Assembly (NCBI GenBank): GCA_964270895.1
Contig: OZ185442.1
Length of the DNA: 64,000 nt
DNA from: Podarcis filfolensis
Taxonomy: Eukaryota
Direction: 5' to 3' (one strand)
Position numbers and translations under genes: made by a program. Below are positions 52,119-64,000 of the stretch, one piece after another. Every line of letters begins with the position of its first letter. Position 1 is the first letter of the stretch. The notes beneath the pieces were generated by a model. That model did not search any database, had not been told where the DNA came from, and worked only from the letters and a program-made list of their open reading frames with translations.

Positions 52119-55100
52119 CTGGAAAACAAACCAAAGCTCAGCATTATTCATTAGGAATCTGTCTGCTTGTGGCCATTAAGAACACTTGGAAACTGCAGGG
52201 AAGCAGAATGAGGAAGGTGCTGTTGGTCATTCTAGAACTGCAGTTAAAAGAAAGGGATTGATCCTTCATCTGTAATGAAAAGGGCTAACCAAAATGTGTG
52301 GAGCCAATGATGTCTGATAGACTGACTGAGTAAAACACTTCCCGGGGAGATAAAAGATTATAAGGCACCTTTTCGCCCAGCTGCATAAACTTAAACTTTC
52401 TGTAAGTTCACGTTTCTACCAGCTCTGCTTTATTAACCTATGAATGGTTCCAGATTAATTAACATAGTTTCCAATTTGGAAAGTAAGTTATATCCCCCCC
52501 TTTTTTTTCAATGCACTGATTACTTTGAGTCCATCCAGTTGTGACTTCATGTTTCCAATATGCCGTTCAAACCCACCCTACAACTTAACAGCTGGCCAGT
52601 CTGCATGTCCAAATCTATAATCTCAAATGTTCCCACTTTTCCCTCCTCCCAATAGGTGCCAAACTCACAACACAACTGAAGGATAGCATAAAAAAGTGTC
52701 TCACTCATAAAAAGATTGCCAGTTTGGAAGTACCCGAGTATTTAATATTGCTTCAGTACAGAGTTGGAAGAGGAGAAGCAAAGGGAATGCATCACCTATA
52801 ATCTACATGCAAAGCAGGAGATGCTTTCAAGCAGCTTATGGGACATATTATTAGACTCCTCATTTTTATTAAAATGGGGTTCTAAATCTGTTAAGAGATT
52901 CCAAAATAAAGAGAGATGGTCAGATCCCCTGTGTTTCTAAATCCATGTAGAAAATGTTTCCACATCACATTCACTTATTACTATCTCAGAACTACATTCT
53001 GTAGCAGCATGGAATTGTACTGTGGGGAAGTCCCATAACTACATGCATCTCTCTCCTTCCCTCCCTCTCTCTCTCTGTGTGTACAGTATACATGTACACA
53101 AATGTGTGAATATGTTCCTCACAACCTGAAGTCTACCAAAACAATGCAGAAGAGCATACTAAGTCATGCTATTTATGCACCAAACAGATGCCATTAAAAT
53201 AAGCAATGGAGCTGCAATGCTCCAGCAGGCATCTTCCAAAAGCAAGTATTTCCTGTTTGGGCAAATATATATTGGTGGCAGGACATGAGACTACATTTTG
53301 GAAGTATATTTCTAAATTGGATTTACTAGCATAGCCTGTTTTGAGTTTTATAATGCCATTTTAAGCCATTGTTTTTATCATGATGAGTGTGAACCAGACA
53401 ACGGAGCTATCCTCAGCATTGAGCTAGCTCCCTCCCCATGTTCAAACTGCATTTTTTGGTGGTGCTGTGCTCCTGAGAAAAGAGACTCCCAACAGGTTTA
53501 CTTACTGACCAGAAATGTCCCATTAATCCATGAATGTGCTTGAGTAAGAAGACCTACAGCGCATTAAAGCAGCACTGAAATTTGTTTGTAATGGAACAAC
53601 ACAAAGAGACCCATATTTGTTGCTGGCCAGCTGCTTCTCTACAGATGTTTAAACACTATTTTCACATCCCCCGGGTTAAAGTAGTGTACTGGTGAATGCC
53701 GCAAACATAACACTAAAAAAAGTCATGCATTCACAACTACATCTCGAAAGAAGCAAGTTTGCTTATAAACAAAATTTCAGCATCTGTCAGCAATGTCATG
53801 GCCCTAGATAGAAAAGGGAAAGAGAGGATTTTTCCATATCTAAACCCTAAAATCATCAGTCATGCATAATTGCCGGATGCACCACCACATAAAAAAAACT
53901 GTGAGACTAGGCAGAAGTAAAATTTATTTATTTTCAACATAAAAAGGAATATGAATACTGCAGGTGGCTTGAATGGAAGGGACACATCCATAGTTACGGA
54001 TCGTCAAAATGTAAGCAATCTGGCCTCTCTTTTGCGGCTTTGATATACTGAAAAATCCATGGCTTGGAGGAGACTCTGCAGCTGAGCTGTTGTATTTAAA
54101 ACATTCTAATGTGCTGTTTATAAAACAGAAATTACATTGGGCCAGTGTCAAAAAAAAAACCAACTGAACACTGTTGTGGCAATGCAGGTAACAAGCTTAT
54201 ATCTACAGCATCCTTCTTTCCGGGAAAGTGTTGGAACACCCAAAAATCAAACAGCCCTTCAGCAACTAGGTCCTGAATTTCTACAGATAGAGGATAACAA
54301 AGTAGAGAGAAAAACTGCAATAGTCAGATTTCTTTAAAATATTCTCATTTCAAAACAAGGGCCCCAATGAATTAGAAGAACTAAGCCAGGGTAAAGATAT
54401 TTTGTTTCATTTAAAAAATGATACTCATCAAGCTAGTTTTAAACATTTAGGAAAAATATTCATTGTAGACATAGACACACTTCTGTGGCCTGTCTCCAAA
54501 AGGTACACCTCCTTCAAAAGTCAGAACAGGAAGATTTGTCAGACAAAAGTAGTTTGTAACTGTTTCAAAAGTGAGTGTTTTTAGCTTTCAAACTGTGAAA
54601 ATATGAACATTCTTCACCCCAAAGACGAAACCTCTGGCTGTTGCCACATAGCTTTTTCCATTTTTCCATTTCTTCATTGCCTCTTAAAATAATCTAGGCC
54701 TAATCGTTCTAAAGGTTTATGTAGGGGCTGAAAGAACCCCATAAAATCTAAAAGGTCAGGAGTTGTCTTCCCAAGACCATCTGATATTAATCAGCTGCTC
54801 AAAACCATGGCAAACCTCACGTCTGTTCAAAGTCATCTCCTTTTAGTAAACGGGTAAAGTTGGTTTCTTGGACCAAGAGCAGCTTTGTGCATAGCTGACT
54901 TATGTGTCTTCAGCTGCAAAAAATGAGTGCTGGCTGGCAGTTCAGCTCCATTCACACAGATGTTTTATAAAAATGGATTTAGCAAAAGAACTACCACCAG
55001 CTTGCCCTTCATCTGCCTTCCTGCACACTGCCCCAGGTTCCTCCACTCCCTGATGTCACTTCATCCTGCTCCCTTGTAACCCTGCCTCTATGTTAAAGAA

Positions 55101-55364
55101 AGAAACAGAGTTGTAGCAACAGCCTGACTCTGTGATCCTCAGGCTGACGAAAAGTGACCAGGTGATGGCTCAAATACAAGTCTGCCCTAAGGCATTGCAG
55201 TTCTTTCTACCGTTTCTACAGGGGCACACAAGTGTGCTAGGAACATCACTAAAGACTCTGAGTCCGGGCTGCTCACTGTGACTCAGTCTAAGTACTTCCT
55301 CCAGTCTTGTCTCCTTTCAAGAAGCTTCCATTGTCAGTGAGTTTATATGCTGAATCTGTGCATT

Positions 55365-55502
55365 CATACCCTCCAACATTTCTCTTATGAAAATAGGGAC
55401 GGCCTAAGGAAAAGAGGGTCATTCTGGGATCAAATCAGGAACTGGGAGGGCTTTTGTAAATCTAGGACTGTCCCTGGAAAATAGGGACACTTGGAGGGTC
55501 TG
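55365..55502. mobile_element. hAT-Tip100-like MITE
   Basis: TIRs cataccctcca / tggagggtctg, repeated aaaatagggac, and flanking direct repeat gtgcatt (55358-55364, 55503-55509). Confidence 0.8.
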
Positions 55503-57100
55503 GTGCATTTGGTGTGACTGGGTCATCCAATTACTCTTCATGCTGCAAAATTACCAGCCCTTGAAGGTAGCATTCCCAGCACAGGATCTCACATATAGGC
55601 ACCAGGGGAGGGGGTCTATAATACTCCCTCACTTTTTTACCTCCAGTTTTAATTTGGGTGGGAGAGGAGCACATCTCACTAGAGGGAATTTGGGGAAATA
55701 CTGAGCTATATCAAACCTAACTGGAGAATTTGGGGGTGCCTGCAACAGCAAATTTTAAAAGATGGAGAGGAAAGCAGCATCCCAAATCCGAGCCCTGTTC
55801 CTGGCTCTTAAAAATGAGCTATTGGAAAGGGTACCTGGTGAAATAATTCCAGCAGCCTCTCTTGCCACCCCCATCAGGAAAAACACAAAACTAAAACACA
55901 CAGAAAGGCAGAAGCTAGAAGCCTGATTCTGGGGAACACAGCCCAAACCGCAGTAATCAATACCTCCAGCACAAAAAGCAATATTTTTAGAGCAACTGTG
56001 CCAAAAGAAATGGGCGAGCGAGGGGGTAACCCAGCTCTGGTTACTATGAGAATAAACTAGTAAATCTTGTGACAGTTGTAAACTTGCTCAGTCAGTTAAA
56101 CAGAGAGCAATCTTAATAAACATCTTGCGGGGTGGGTGGAGAAGGGACATAACAGCAAGGCGGGTGGGGAGTTGCATTATTTTCAATGGGCATTTTCTGC
56201 TTGGAATTGCACATTAGCTTTTCTTCAATTTAGTTCCATGATTGATGGCTGCCAATTGGGACCAATATGGCCAAAACTAAACTTGGTATAAGTGTATGGA
56301 AGCAGTCCTACACTTTGTTACTCAATCTGCCACAGGTCTATCAGTCATACAGGTTAGCGCCAGGGCCTGATGCCAGGGTTTAAAAAGCAAGTCCTGCTGC
56401 ACCATAAAGGCTAACATGGCTGTCCCTTTGGAATGAAAGAACATGGGGATCCTGTACTGTACTGAAAAATCTTATAGGTCTGAGATTCAGGCTTCAGGCT
56501 ATCAGATTTGCCATCATCCCTTAAGGTACATCCTTTCGCATTTATCCTCCTTTCTGCCAGTCAACAGGATAGAGCTGTTCCAAGCTAGAAATCATTTAGA
56601 GTCCTATGAGAGAGCAAACTAGGCCCCCTTTACACAATAGGGCAGCAGCAGACCATTAAAATCACGGCAGGGAGCCCATTTGGTTACAGCCCAATCCAGC
56701 CATCCCTCCACATCAAGAGAAACACAGTCAGAATAACTATTTTTATTTATTGCTTTTATTTATGTATTGGATTAAAAATTGTTCTGTGAACTGGATCGCT
56801 ACCATTTCTTTTGTTCTCCTGCAGGCTCATTTTCGGGGTCGAGTGAGATTTCCAAAACATTTCTTGTTTCAACAACTATTTTCCATACCAAAACTGGTCA
56901 CAGAAAATAAATGCTACTACTATACTCAACCATCATCCCCCCCCCCTTATCTTGTGTGAGCATCAGAAAGACAAGTTTGTTGGCTGGAAGATAAAAGCAT
57001 GGGCCCTAAAAAGGAGAGTCAACAGCAGCCTTACCAACTGAGTGAGGCAGGCAAATTTTGATCTGAAGTGGACTATAACAGAACACTGGCACTGTGACAA

Positions 57101-57266
57101 AAGGAGCTGCTTTATACTGAGTCATATCATTGGCATGTCTAGCCCAGTGTTGTCTAATCTGACTGCAGCAGCTCTTCAAGGTCTTATGTAACCCTGGGAT
57201 CCTCCAGCAGCAATGGCTAGGGATGGAATCTGGGACTTTGCACCTGAAAAAGGTGTGCTTCACTCA
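57101..57266 (-). mobile_element. Squam2-like SINE, decayed
   Basis: gagctgctttatactgagtcatatcattggcatgtctagcccagtgttgtcta...gggatggaatctgggac is the reverse complement of the family sequence. Confidence 0.65.
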
Positions 57267-59505
57267 CACGGGTTTAATGCAGGTCGTACCCCTCACATGG
57301 TTTCTCAGGTGCTCCCAACTTCTTTTTCAGTGCTAGAAGCTTCTACTTCACAAGGCATATCTACAACCATCAGATTGGTCTAACCCTGCACAAACTTGAC
57401 TGGTGAATTGTGAGACCTGATAAACAGCAATTAGGTTTTACAGTTCTATTATAGGTACACCCAAGGGTACAGGCAGACCCAGTGGAACTATCTATTTGCA
57501 GGGTGTTTTTGTTATGGGGAAGATGCAGCATTTTAAATGGCGCTCCCCCACCCAAAGAGTCTACTCTCTCTTTTCAGCACTCTACCACTCCATTCTGCTA
57601 CATGCGTAGACCAGGCCATAGAAGACTTCAATCAAGAAGCAGGGCCTTTCCCACTACAGCCCCAACGCCCAAAGGCAGCACGCCTGTGCACATCACTTTA
57701 AAGTTTTTAGGGAGAAATGCAAAGCATACCTTTTAAATTTTTGTTTTAAAATTAATGCTGCTGCATTAATTCTGCAGCTGTTATTTTGTTTTAATTCCCA
57801 CATTTTGCCATTTTTTATCAGTTGTCTAATATGCCTTCACCTAACTAACTAAATAAATAAATAAAAGCAGGAAGAGAAAATGAAAAACCTACATGCTCCA
57901 TTTGCAAACTGCCTCAGTGGCACATTTGTGGTGGTGTCTTTTTTGTAGCTGGAGAGAGGGCCACCCCTAGGTGAGTTTCTTCTTGGTACACTTCTAATAG
58001 GACCATACTGGTGTGTGGTTCCAACATCATCCTACAGATAAAAAGACTTTCCAGTGTATGTATCGTCAGCATGCACAGACAAATAAGTACATGCCAATTG
58101 GATCCACAAAGCAAAGAAGTAGGAGCTTAGAAGAAAAATCCCCACCATAGATATAGTCGGTGAGGACACAGTGCTAATTAGCTGTCATTTGGGTAAAGGC
58201 TATCAAGTTGATCATATATCAGAATTTTCCAGCAAAAGCAGATTTTGTCATTCCTTGCCTACTATACAGTGGTTAGTGTTAACATGTAACCCAAACCTTC
58301 ATGTGGGCAAATAAACTTATTTCCTCTCTTTTCGGCTCCATTCCAAACCCCTGCTTTTAATATATGATATACAAACATCCCACAGCCCTGCTTTTAATAT
58401 AAGCATGAGCCAGAAGGGTCCCGAGAGGACATTCCTTGGGTCAATATTTTGCCATTTATCATTCATGCTTAAATCTATGTAGAAAGCTGAGCAGCTCGCA
58501 AGATTTGTGAGAATGTGTACATTTCTTGGAGGGGTGGTGGTAGTGGAAAAAGTTTTTTTCTGAATGAAATTAAGCATATCCTAATAAATAAAATGTGCCT
58601 GACTCGGTTCCTATTATAAACTGAAACCACTGATAAATATAAACTGTTCCATGAAACACCTGCAACACAAAGTCTAACAGATTTATCATGGCAGAAGCAT
58701 TCATGAACTAGATGTGGGGAAAAAAGGAACACACACAATACCCTCTAGAAACACATTGTGGAAAGGAGAGAGCGGAGACAGATGGCAGAAGTTTGGATGA
58801 GTTGGAGAAGGGCAAGTTAGAAATAGTATAAACAAACTTGACATTGAATAATCAGGGGTCAAAATAACAATACATGATAGAAATGCTTCTGTGATTGGAA
58901 TGCAGTATTAAGGGATCCTTTATTCAGATATCCCCACCAACCCCACTCAACCCTCGGCTCATCCACAGGAGTAATTCCTCAGGAGCAGCAGTACATTTAA
59001 CAAAAGGAACACATACGATTAGGATAAAAACTTTTACTCACTCACAGCCTTTATCTAGTGGCCTGTATTTACTAGACACTGCAAGATCCTAGTTTTAGTG
59101 ACAATAGCTCCCCCTCCCCTGTATATTAGCAGGGGCTGTTCAAACAAAAAAGTACTCCTAAATTTGACATGAAGAAAACGCAAATGAAACATATCTAAAT
59201 GCACTTCCTGATGTGGCTTCCCAATATTTTTTTCTTTTCTCCAGGAAGAGAAAGGTGGTCTATAGTGGCAAGTCGCAGTGAACAGTAGCCGTGGATACAT
59301 CAGCAGCAAGGAGCTGTCTTGTTATTGCTGTTGTTTACGTGCTCTTTTATTGTGTTTTGACAATGTTCTTAATTATTTTCACATTCTAAGTTTTGTTTGA
59401 AGGGAAAGTGGGTTTTGTTTTTTTTTAGAATAGTGTTAACCCAATAAAATTAAATAAGGAAGATCAGAAGTTTGCTAATTTCCAGCAAAGGAGGATGCTT
59501 TTTAC

Positions 59506-59673
59506 CTGAGCCGCTATAAGAGGATGAGGAAGGTGTCCGTCTTGAAAAGCTTTTCACCGCCAGACTCTGGCCTCGCTGCTTTCGCCGCCAAGCTGTCCGG
59601 CACTTGGAATCTATGCTCTGCTTGATCCGGTACCAGTCAGACTCTGTGATTCCAAACTTATAGAAAAGGTGAC
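59506..59673 (-). CDS. BANP: BANP coding exon, C-terminal half of BEN domain (168 nt, phase 1 to phase 1)
   Basis: Minus strand reads tttgcag|GT CAC CTT...GGC TCA G|gtaaaa and translates (C)HLFYKFGITESDWYRIKQSIDSKCRTAWRRKQRGQSLAVKSFSRRTPSSSSYSGS. This matches the recalled vertebrate BANP BEN-domain sequence. Confidence 0.97.
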
Positions 59674-61148
59674 CTGCAAAGCAAAAAAAAACGCACTATG
59701 CCAAAATCCATATTTTACAGTTTGTGGGCTTCAGTTAATGGGTTGCAGCTTTAGAAACATGTGATGGCCACCTAAGCCAACTTCTGCCACTTCCATTTTG
59801 TACATATATGGATCATACCTGCATACCCAGCACAAAGGCACTCAGAGCTCATATGAAAACAAACTTATGTTTTATAAGTTTAGTAAACACGGCTTCTTCC
59901 AAAGAATTATGGGAAATGCAGTTTGGTTAGGGCACTGAGAATTCTATGTACGAAATGCCAAGAACTAAACTACAGTTCTCTGGAATCTTTAATAAACCAG
60001 TTTAAGCATGATGATGCTACAGCCAGTTTCCCTCAACAGCAGGATGCCTTAGACGAGCACCAGGCCTGTCAGAACTGCACACAGTGTCTCTTCTTCAAAA
60101 TTTCCAGGGAAGGAAATTTCACAACTCTTCTGGGCAACTTCATAGCTCAGTGACAGAACATTTGTTTTGCATATATAATGTCCCAGGCTCTAGTCCAGTT
60201 AAAGGAGACCCTGGAGAGAAAATGCAAATCAGAGCATGGGCTAGATGGGCCAGACTGAGGATGAGGGAGCTTCTGACAGCTTTGCAAGGCCCTGTACCAA
60301 AACACTGCCCCACACAAAATACTCCCACAGTTTACCTGGTGAACATAAAGCAGCTACCACTTGTGGCACACATGACATTTGCTCCACTGCAGCTGCCTCC
60401 ACATGGCAGAAGAAAGGATTCCATGTCCCTGCAAACTGATCACCCAACCCATCCTAGCCCAGTATAAAGAGAAATATATTGCCCTCACTAGGCAACAGTT
60501 GCAGAACTGATAAATGCAAGGAAGTGTCCCTTGTTTTCAAAAGCAGGTCTTACATCCTGATACCAGCTGAGGGGTCCTTAGAAACTGAGAGGAAGGAACA
60601 GCAACACTGGGCAATGCTTGCCTCAGCAATGACTGCAGCCAGCTCTACCAGGGCTGACAATAGTATAAACAAAGGCCAAGTCTGAAAAGAGAGCGACCAC
60701 AGCAAATGTGGAAGGAACCCATGGCTTAAGCTTCCAGGAGAGTACCATCAAAAAAATAAATGGAAAACTAATGCATTAGACACAGTCAGCATTTCAGAAG
60801 TTCCCAGTTAAAACCCATCTTGCTATTTTAATTAAAGCATCATGTCACAGTACCCACAATAAGCGGGCCAATTTCTTGCTAGAAATTACAGCAGGGCATG
60901 TCTCAGCTACATGTGGCAGAGCTACACATTGGAATGGCCAGGATCACACCAGGAATTGAGGGGCCGAGAATTGGATTCCACCATCACACCATACATAGGG
61001 AATGCAAAGCATATTTTAAAAGATACTTCTGTACTTCTTTCTGCCAGAGAAATACGGGGACGCAGTTTCTGTTGCAGATTTAGACATCAGGAGAGGTTGG
61101 AATGAGACTCCCAGGGCAATAGCGAGAGTGGTGAGCTTCCTCCCTTCA

Positions 61149-61615
61149 GGAAAGGACTGCATATGCTCAGTAGAGCATATCCTTTATATGCAGATGGCAA
61201 AGCCAGCATCAGGGATCAGCAGAAGGTCTCTGGTTCAAAGCCCAGCAAGACTTCATTTAGAAGGATCAGGCAGCAGGCAATGGGAGGAATCTCTCTCTGC
61301 CTGAGCCCCACTGCTGCCAGTCAGAGTACAGTCATACCTCAGGTTGAATGTGCTTCGGGATGAGCGCGTTCGAGTTGCGCTCCGCGCGGAGCACGTTACT
61401 TCCGGGTTTCGCCACTTGCGCATGCACAGACGCTCAGAATGACGTCACGCGCAAGCGCAGAAGCGGCGAGAAGCGGTGCGCGTGTGCGCAGATGTGCCGT
61501 CGCTAGTTACGTTTTCTTCTAGATGCGAACAGGGCTCTGGAATGGATCCCGTTCGCATCTAGAGGTACCACTGTAAACAATAATGGGCGAGAGATAAATA
61601 TTCTGGTCCTACATA
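61149..61615 (+). mobile_element. Squam2-like SINE variant interrupted by a MITE
   Basis: Head gctcagtagagcat...gcagaaggtctctggttcaaagcc. Body gccagtcagagta[MITE]aacaataatgggcgaga resumes the family sequence after the insertion. Confidence 0.65.
61329..61573. mobile_element. Tigger/pogo-like (Tc1/mariner) MITE, CpG-rich
   Basis: TIRs cagtcatacctc / gaggtaccactg. TA TSD at 61327-61328 and 61574-61575. Subterminal hairpin tctagatgcgaac...gttcgcatctaga. Confidence 0.85.
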
Positions 61616-61768
61616 GCACTTTGGTAACCCTTTCCAAAGGACAGAAAATGCTGACAGATCCAGGCCTCATGCCCATATTGAGCATACTGTCCATCTGAAT
61701 GAAATGTAAAATGCTCCCTTGAACAATACAACAATAGCACCTATAAATGCTATTCTGCATTAAGGCAA

Positions 61769-62170
61769 GTGATAGAAGTTTTTAACATTATGCATGGCAT
61801 GGAGAAAGTAGATAGAGGTAGGTAACACTACATGGACATCTAATGAAGCTGAATATTGGAAGATTTGGGGTGGATAACATAAAGGAGGCAGTGATGGCCA
61901 CCAACTCGAATGGCTTTATGGGAGGACTGGACAAATTCATGGAGGATAAGGCTATCAGCGGCTACTAGCCACAATGGCCATGCTCTGTCCTCCACAGTTG
62001 GAGGCTGGAATGCTTCTGAAGACCACTTGCTGGGAACCACAGAAAGGGAGAGCGCTATTGCACCCAGGTTCTGCTTGAGGGTTTCCCACAGGCACCTCAT
62101 TGGCCACTGTGAGAACAGGATGCTGGACTAGATATGCCACTGGCCTGGTCCTGCAGGGCCTTTCTCATTT
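61769..62170 (+). mobile_element. CR1 LINE 3' end (ORF2 C-terminus with internal deletions plus 3' UTR)
   Basis: Translates VIEVFNIMHGMEKVDR...GHLMKLNIGRF...EAVMATNSNGFMGGLDKFMEDKAISGY*. CR1-type UTR ggccactgtgagaacaggatgctggactaga follows. Confidence 0.88.
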
Positions 62171-63655
62171 TTTTTTTACACTCAGAATCCTTCCAGAAGC
62201 AGCAGTTGGTCAGGCTCAACAGCTGTTACACAGAAAATTACGTTAAGAAGGAACATGGAAGGCAAAAACAAATTCTTATATTAAACTAATAACATTTGAC
62301 AATAGAATTCAGAGAGCAGTAGATAGTAATAATAAAAAACAAAGAGAGGCATAAACACGGCTGACGCTGGTCCTTTGCCTGGAGGCTTCAATTCTTCCGT
62401 GCTGGTCATGCATCACTCTCATATTGAAATCATTTTGAAGAGAATAATTGTTAGTGCATTGCAAGTATTTGTTGCTTAGTTTATACCAAAACTGGTGTGG
62501 GGGGTGTGTGGGCGCGCGAACATAATTCTCTTTCAAGGAATCTGAACAACATAGCCATCTAAAACTCATGAACCTATGCTTCATGACATTGTTGACCTTA
62601 TCAAGACTACAGAGGGACCTTCTCATCTGCTGTCTAAAAGCAGGTTCATGCAATTATTTGACATTCACAGGAATGCTTCTTCTACATGTCATAAGTTCAA
62701 AGGAGTGGGCATTGTGTCAAAATGGATTACCTGTGTAATCCTCCCCGCCCCCAGTCATAATGGAATATGATAGAGAACATAACAGTACAATCTTACTCAG
62801 AAGGATGTCGACTCAAAAGTAAGCTCCACCAGGGATTTCAGGATTTCTTGGTATGTGCTTAAGTATTTGAAGGCACATATTGGCCACATTTAGTGGCCTT
62901 GCAGACTTGTGTACCAATTTTGGGAAGAAGTGTAGCATCAGTCCAAGTATAAGGGCAAAGAGAAAGAACCAGAAGTTTCAGCAACACCAGAGAGAGATTC
63001 CAGATGAATATATGATCACTGAACCAAGGTGAACAGACAGAATGTCCAATAGCAGAAGACAGAAAAGGAAGACCTTCAACAACCAATGAATATTTTGTTT
63101 GGCAGTTTCAAAATGGGATTTAGGTGGCAGGTAGGAGGGAAAGCTCATAAATTATCTGAGGAATCCTGATTCCACCCATCATTCTGAAGGATGAAAGTGT
63201 TCTCAAGCGCTTATGTAACTTTTATTATGTATCCAACCTGACCAAAGCTATGCTGCTCTTCACTGACAAGGGATCCATCAGGTGCATTTGGTGGCTCTAT
63301 GGATATGGATAATTGCTCCAAACCCTCCTTCTGTCCAATTCTACTCAAATTTCCTTTCTGGGGAATGCGAGGGGAAGTAATCATTGGAAGATACGTGCGC
63401 AAACACTTGTGCAAGCTAAGCAGAGAGGGAGAAAAACCACAGACTGTACGTGAATACACAGCTGTGTGAATACACTGTATTACTTTCAATGGAATGTACA
63501 TATCTACCGTATATGCATTTCCATCCCTGAGTGCAACTGGATGAATATGGGCAAAGCCTAAAGTGAAATATGAAACTAGCAAAATTTATTTACTTTGTTT
63601 GAACCTGCAGCTGGCACTTTTAAAGACAATCTGTGCACTTCCATAGTTCTAGATA

Positions 63656-63832
63656 CAGGTAGGTAGCCATGTTGGCCTGCTGTAGTCAAAACAAAATTAA
63701 AAACTCCTTCCAGTAGCACCTTAGAGACCAGCTAAGTTTGTTATTGATATGAGCTTTCGTGTGCATGCACACGAAAGCTCATACCAATAACAAACTTAGC
63801 TGGTCTCTAAGGTGCTACTGGAAGGAGTTTTT
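63656..63832. mobile_element. Penelope-like pseudo-LTR fragment with fold-back inversion
   Basis: Homologous to 17909-18031. Positions 63699-63832 form a palindrome with 67-bp arms and one mismatch. Confidence 0.85.
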
Positions 63833-64000
63833 GAATCTGTACACCAACGCTTGCAGTGTGAACTTTGTTTTTCACCCCTTTTCAAATGGCACATGTGGTT
63901 GCACATAAAGGTGAAACAGCCAAACAGACAGATAGTCATAGAATACCCAGTAATGTTGTGTGTGTGTGCAGGGCCGGCCCACCCATGAGGCAAGCTGGGG

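Noticed and set aside
1-64000. Most ORFs of 60-170 aa in the six-frame track
   Set aside because: Expected by chance in intronic DNA or explained by SINE, LINE and MITE sequence. Only those overlapping BANP exons, BovB, L2 and CR1 show recognisable protein motifs.
1-64000. CRISPR array, operon or other prokaryotic-type system
   Set aside because: No regularly spaced repeat-spacer array. The sequence is spliced vertebrate DNA.

Overview
Eukaryotic, AT-rich, CpG-depleted squamate DNA, most likely a lacertid lizard (inferred from Sauria/Squam1 SINEs, Squam2- and Squam3-like SINEs, BovB, CR1, L2 and Penelope fragments). The window appears to lie entirely inside the BANP (SMAR1) gene on the minus strand. 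Four coding exons are read directly with canonical AG/GT sites and consistent phases: 59506-59673 (C-terminal half of the BEN domain), 51988-52118, 47799-47861 and 45662-45706 (Gln-rich C-terminal region). The upstream exons and the last two exons known from mammals were not found, so 1-45661 is probably one intron of more than 45 kb. The rest is intronic sequence with many LINE, SINE and MITE insertions, several with intact target-site duplications and some nested. Best second-look items: (1) a 134-bp loopless Penelope palindrome folded exactly on stem II of the element's hammerhead ribozyme; (2) a CpG-rich Tigger-like MITE with ETS, NRF1-like and CRE motifs, inserted inside a SINE; (3) a candidate truncating terminal exon with a poly(A) site right after the BEN exon; (4) a Tc2-like MITE made of tandem cruciform cassettes beside a 4-tract telomeric repeat; (5) unexplained decayed fold-backs. 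No prokaryotic-type system, CRISPR array or genuine RNA gene was seen. I cannot claim a wholly new system. Repeat family names and ortholog comparisons come from recalled consensus sequences, not database searches.
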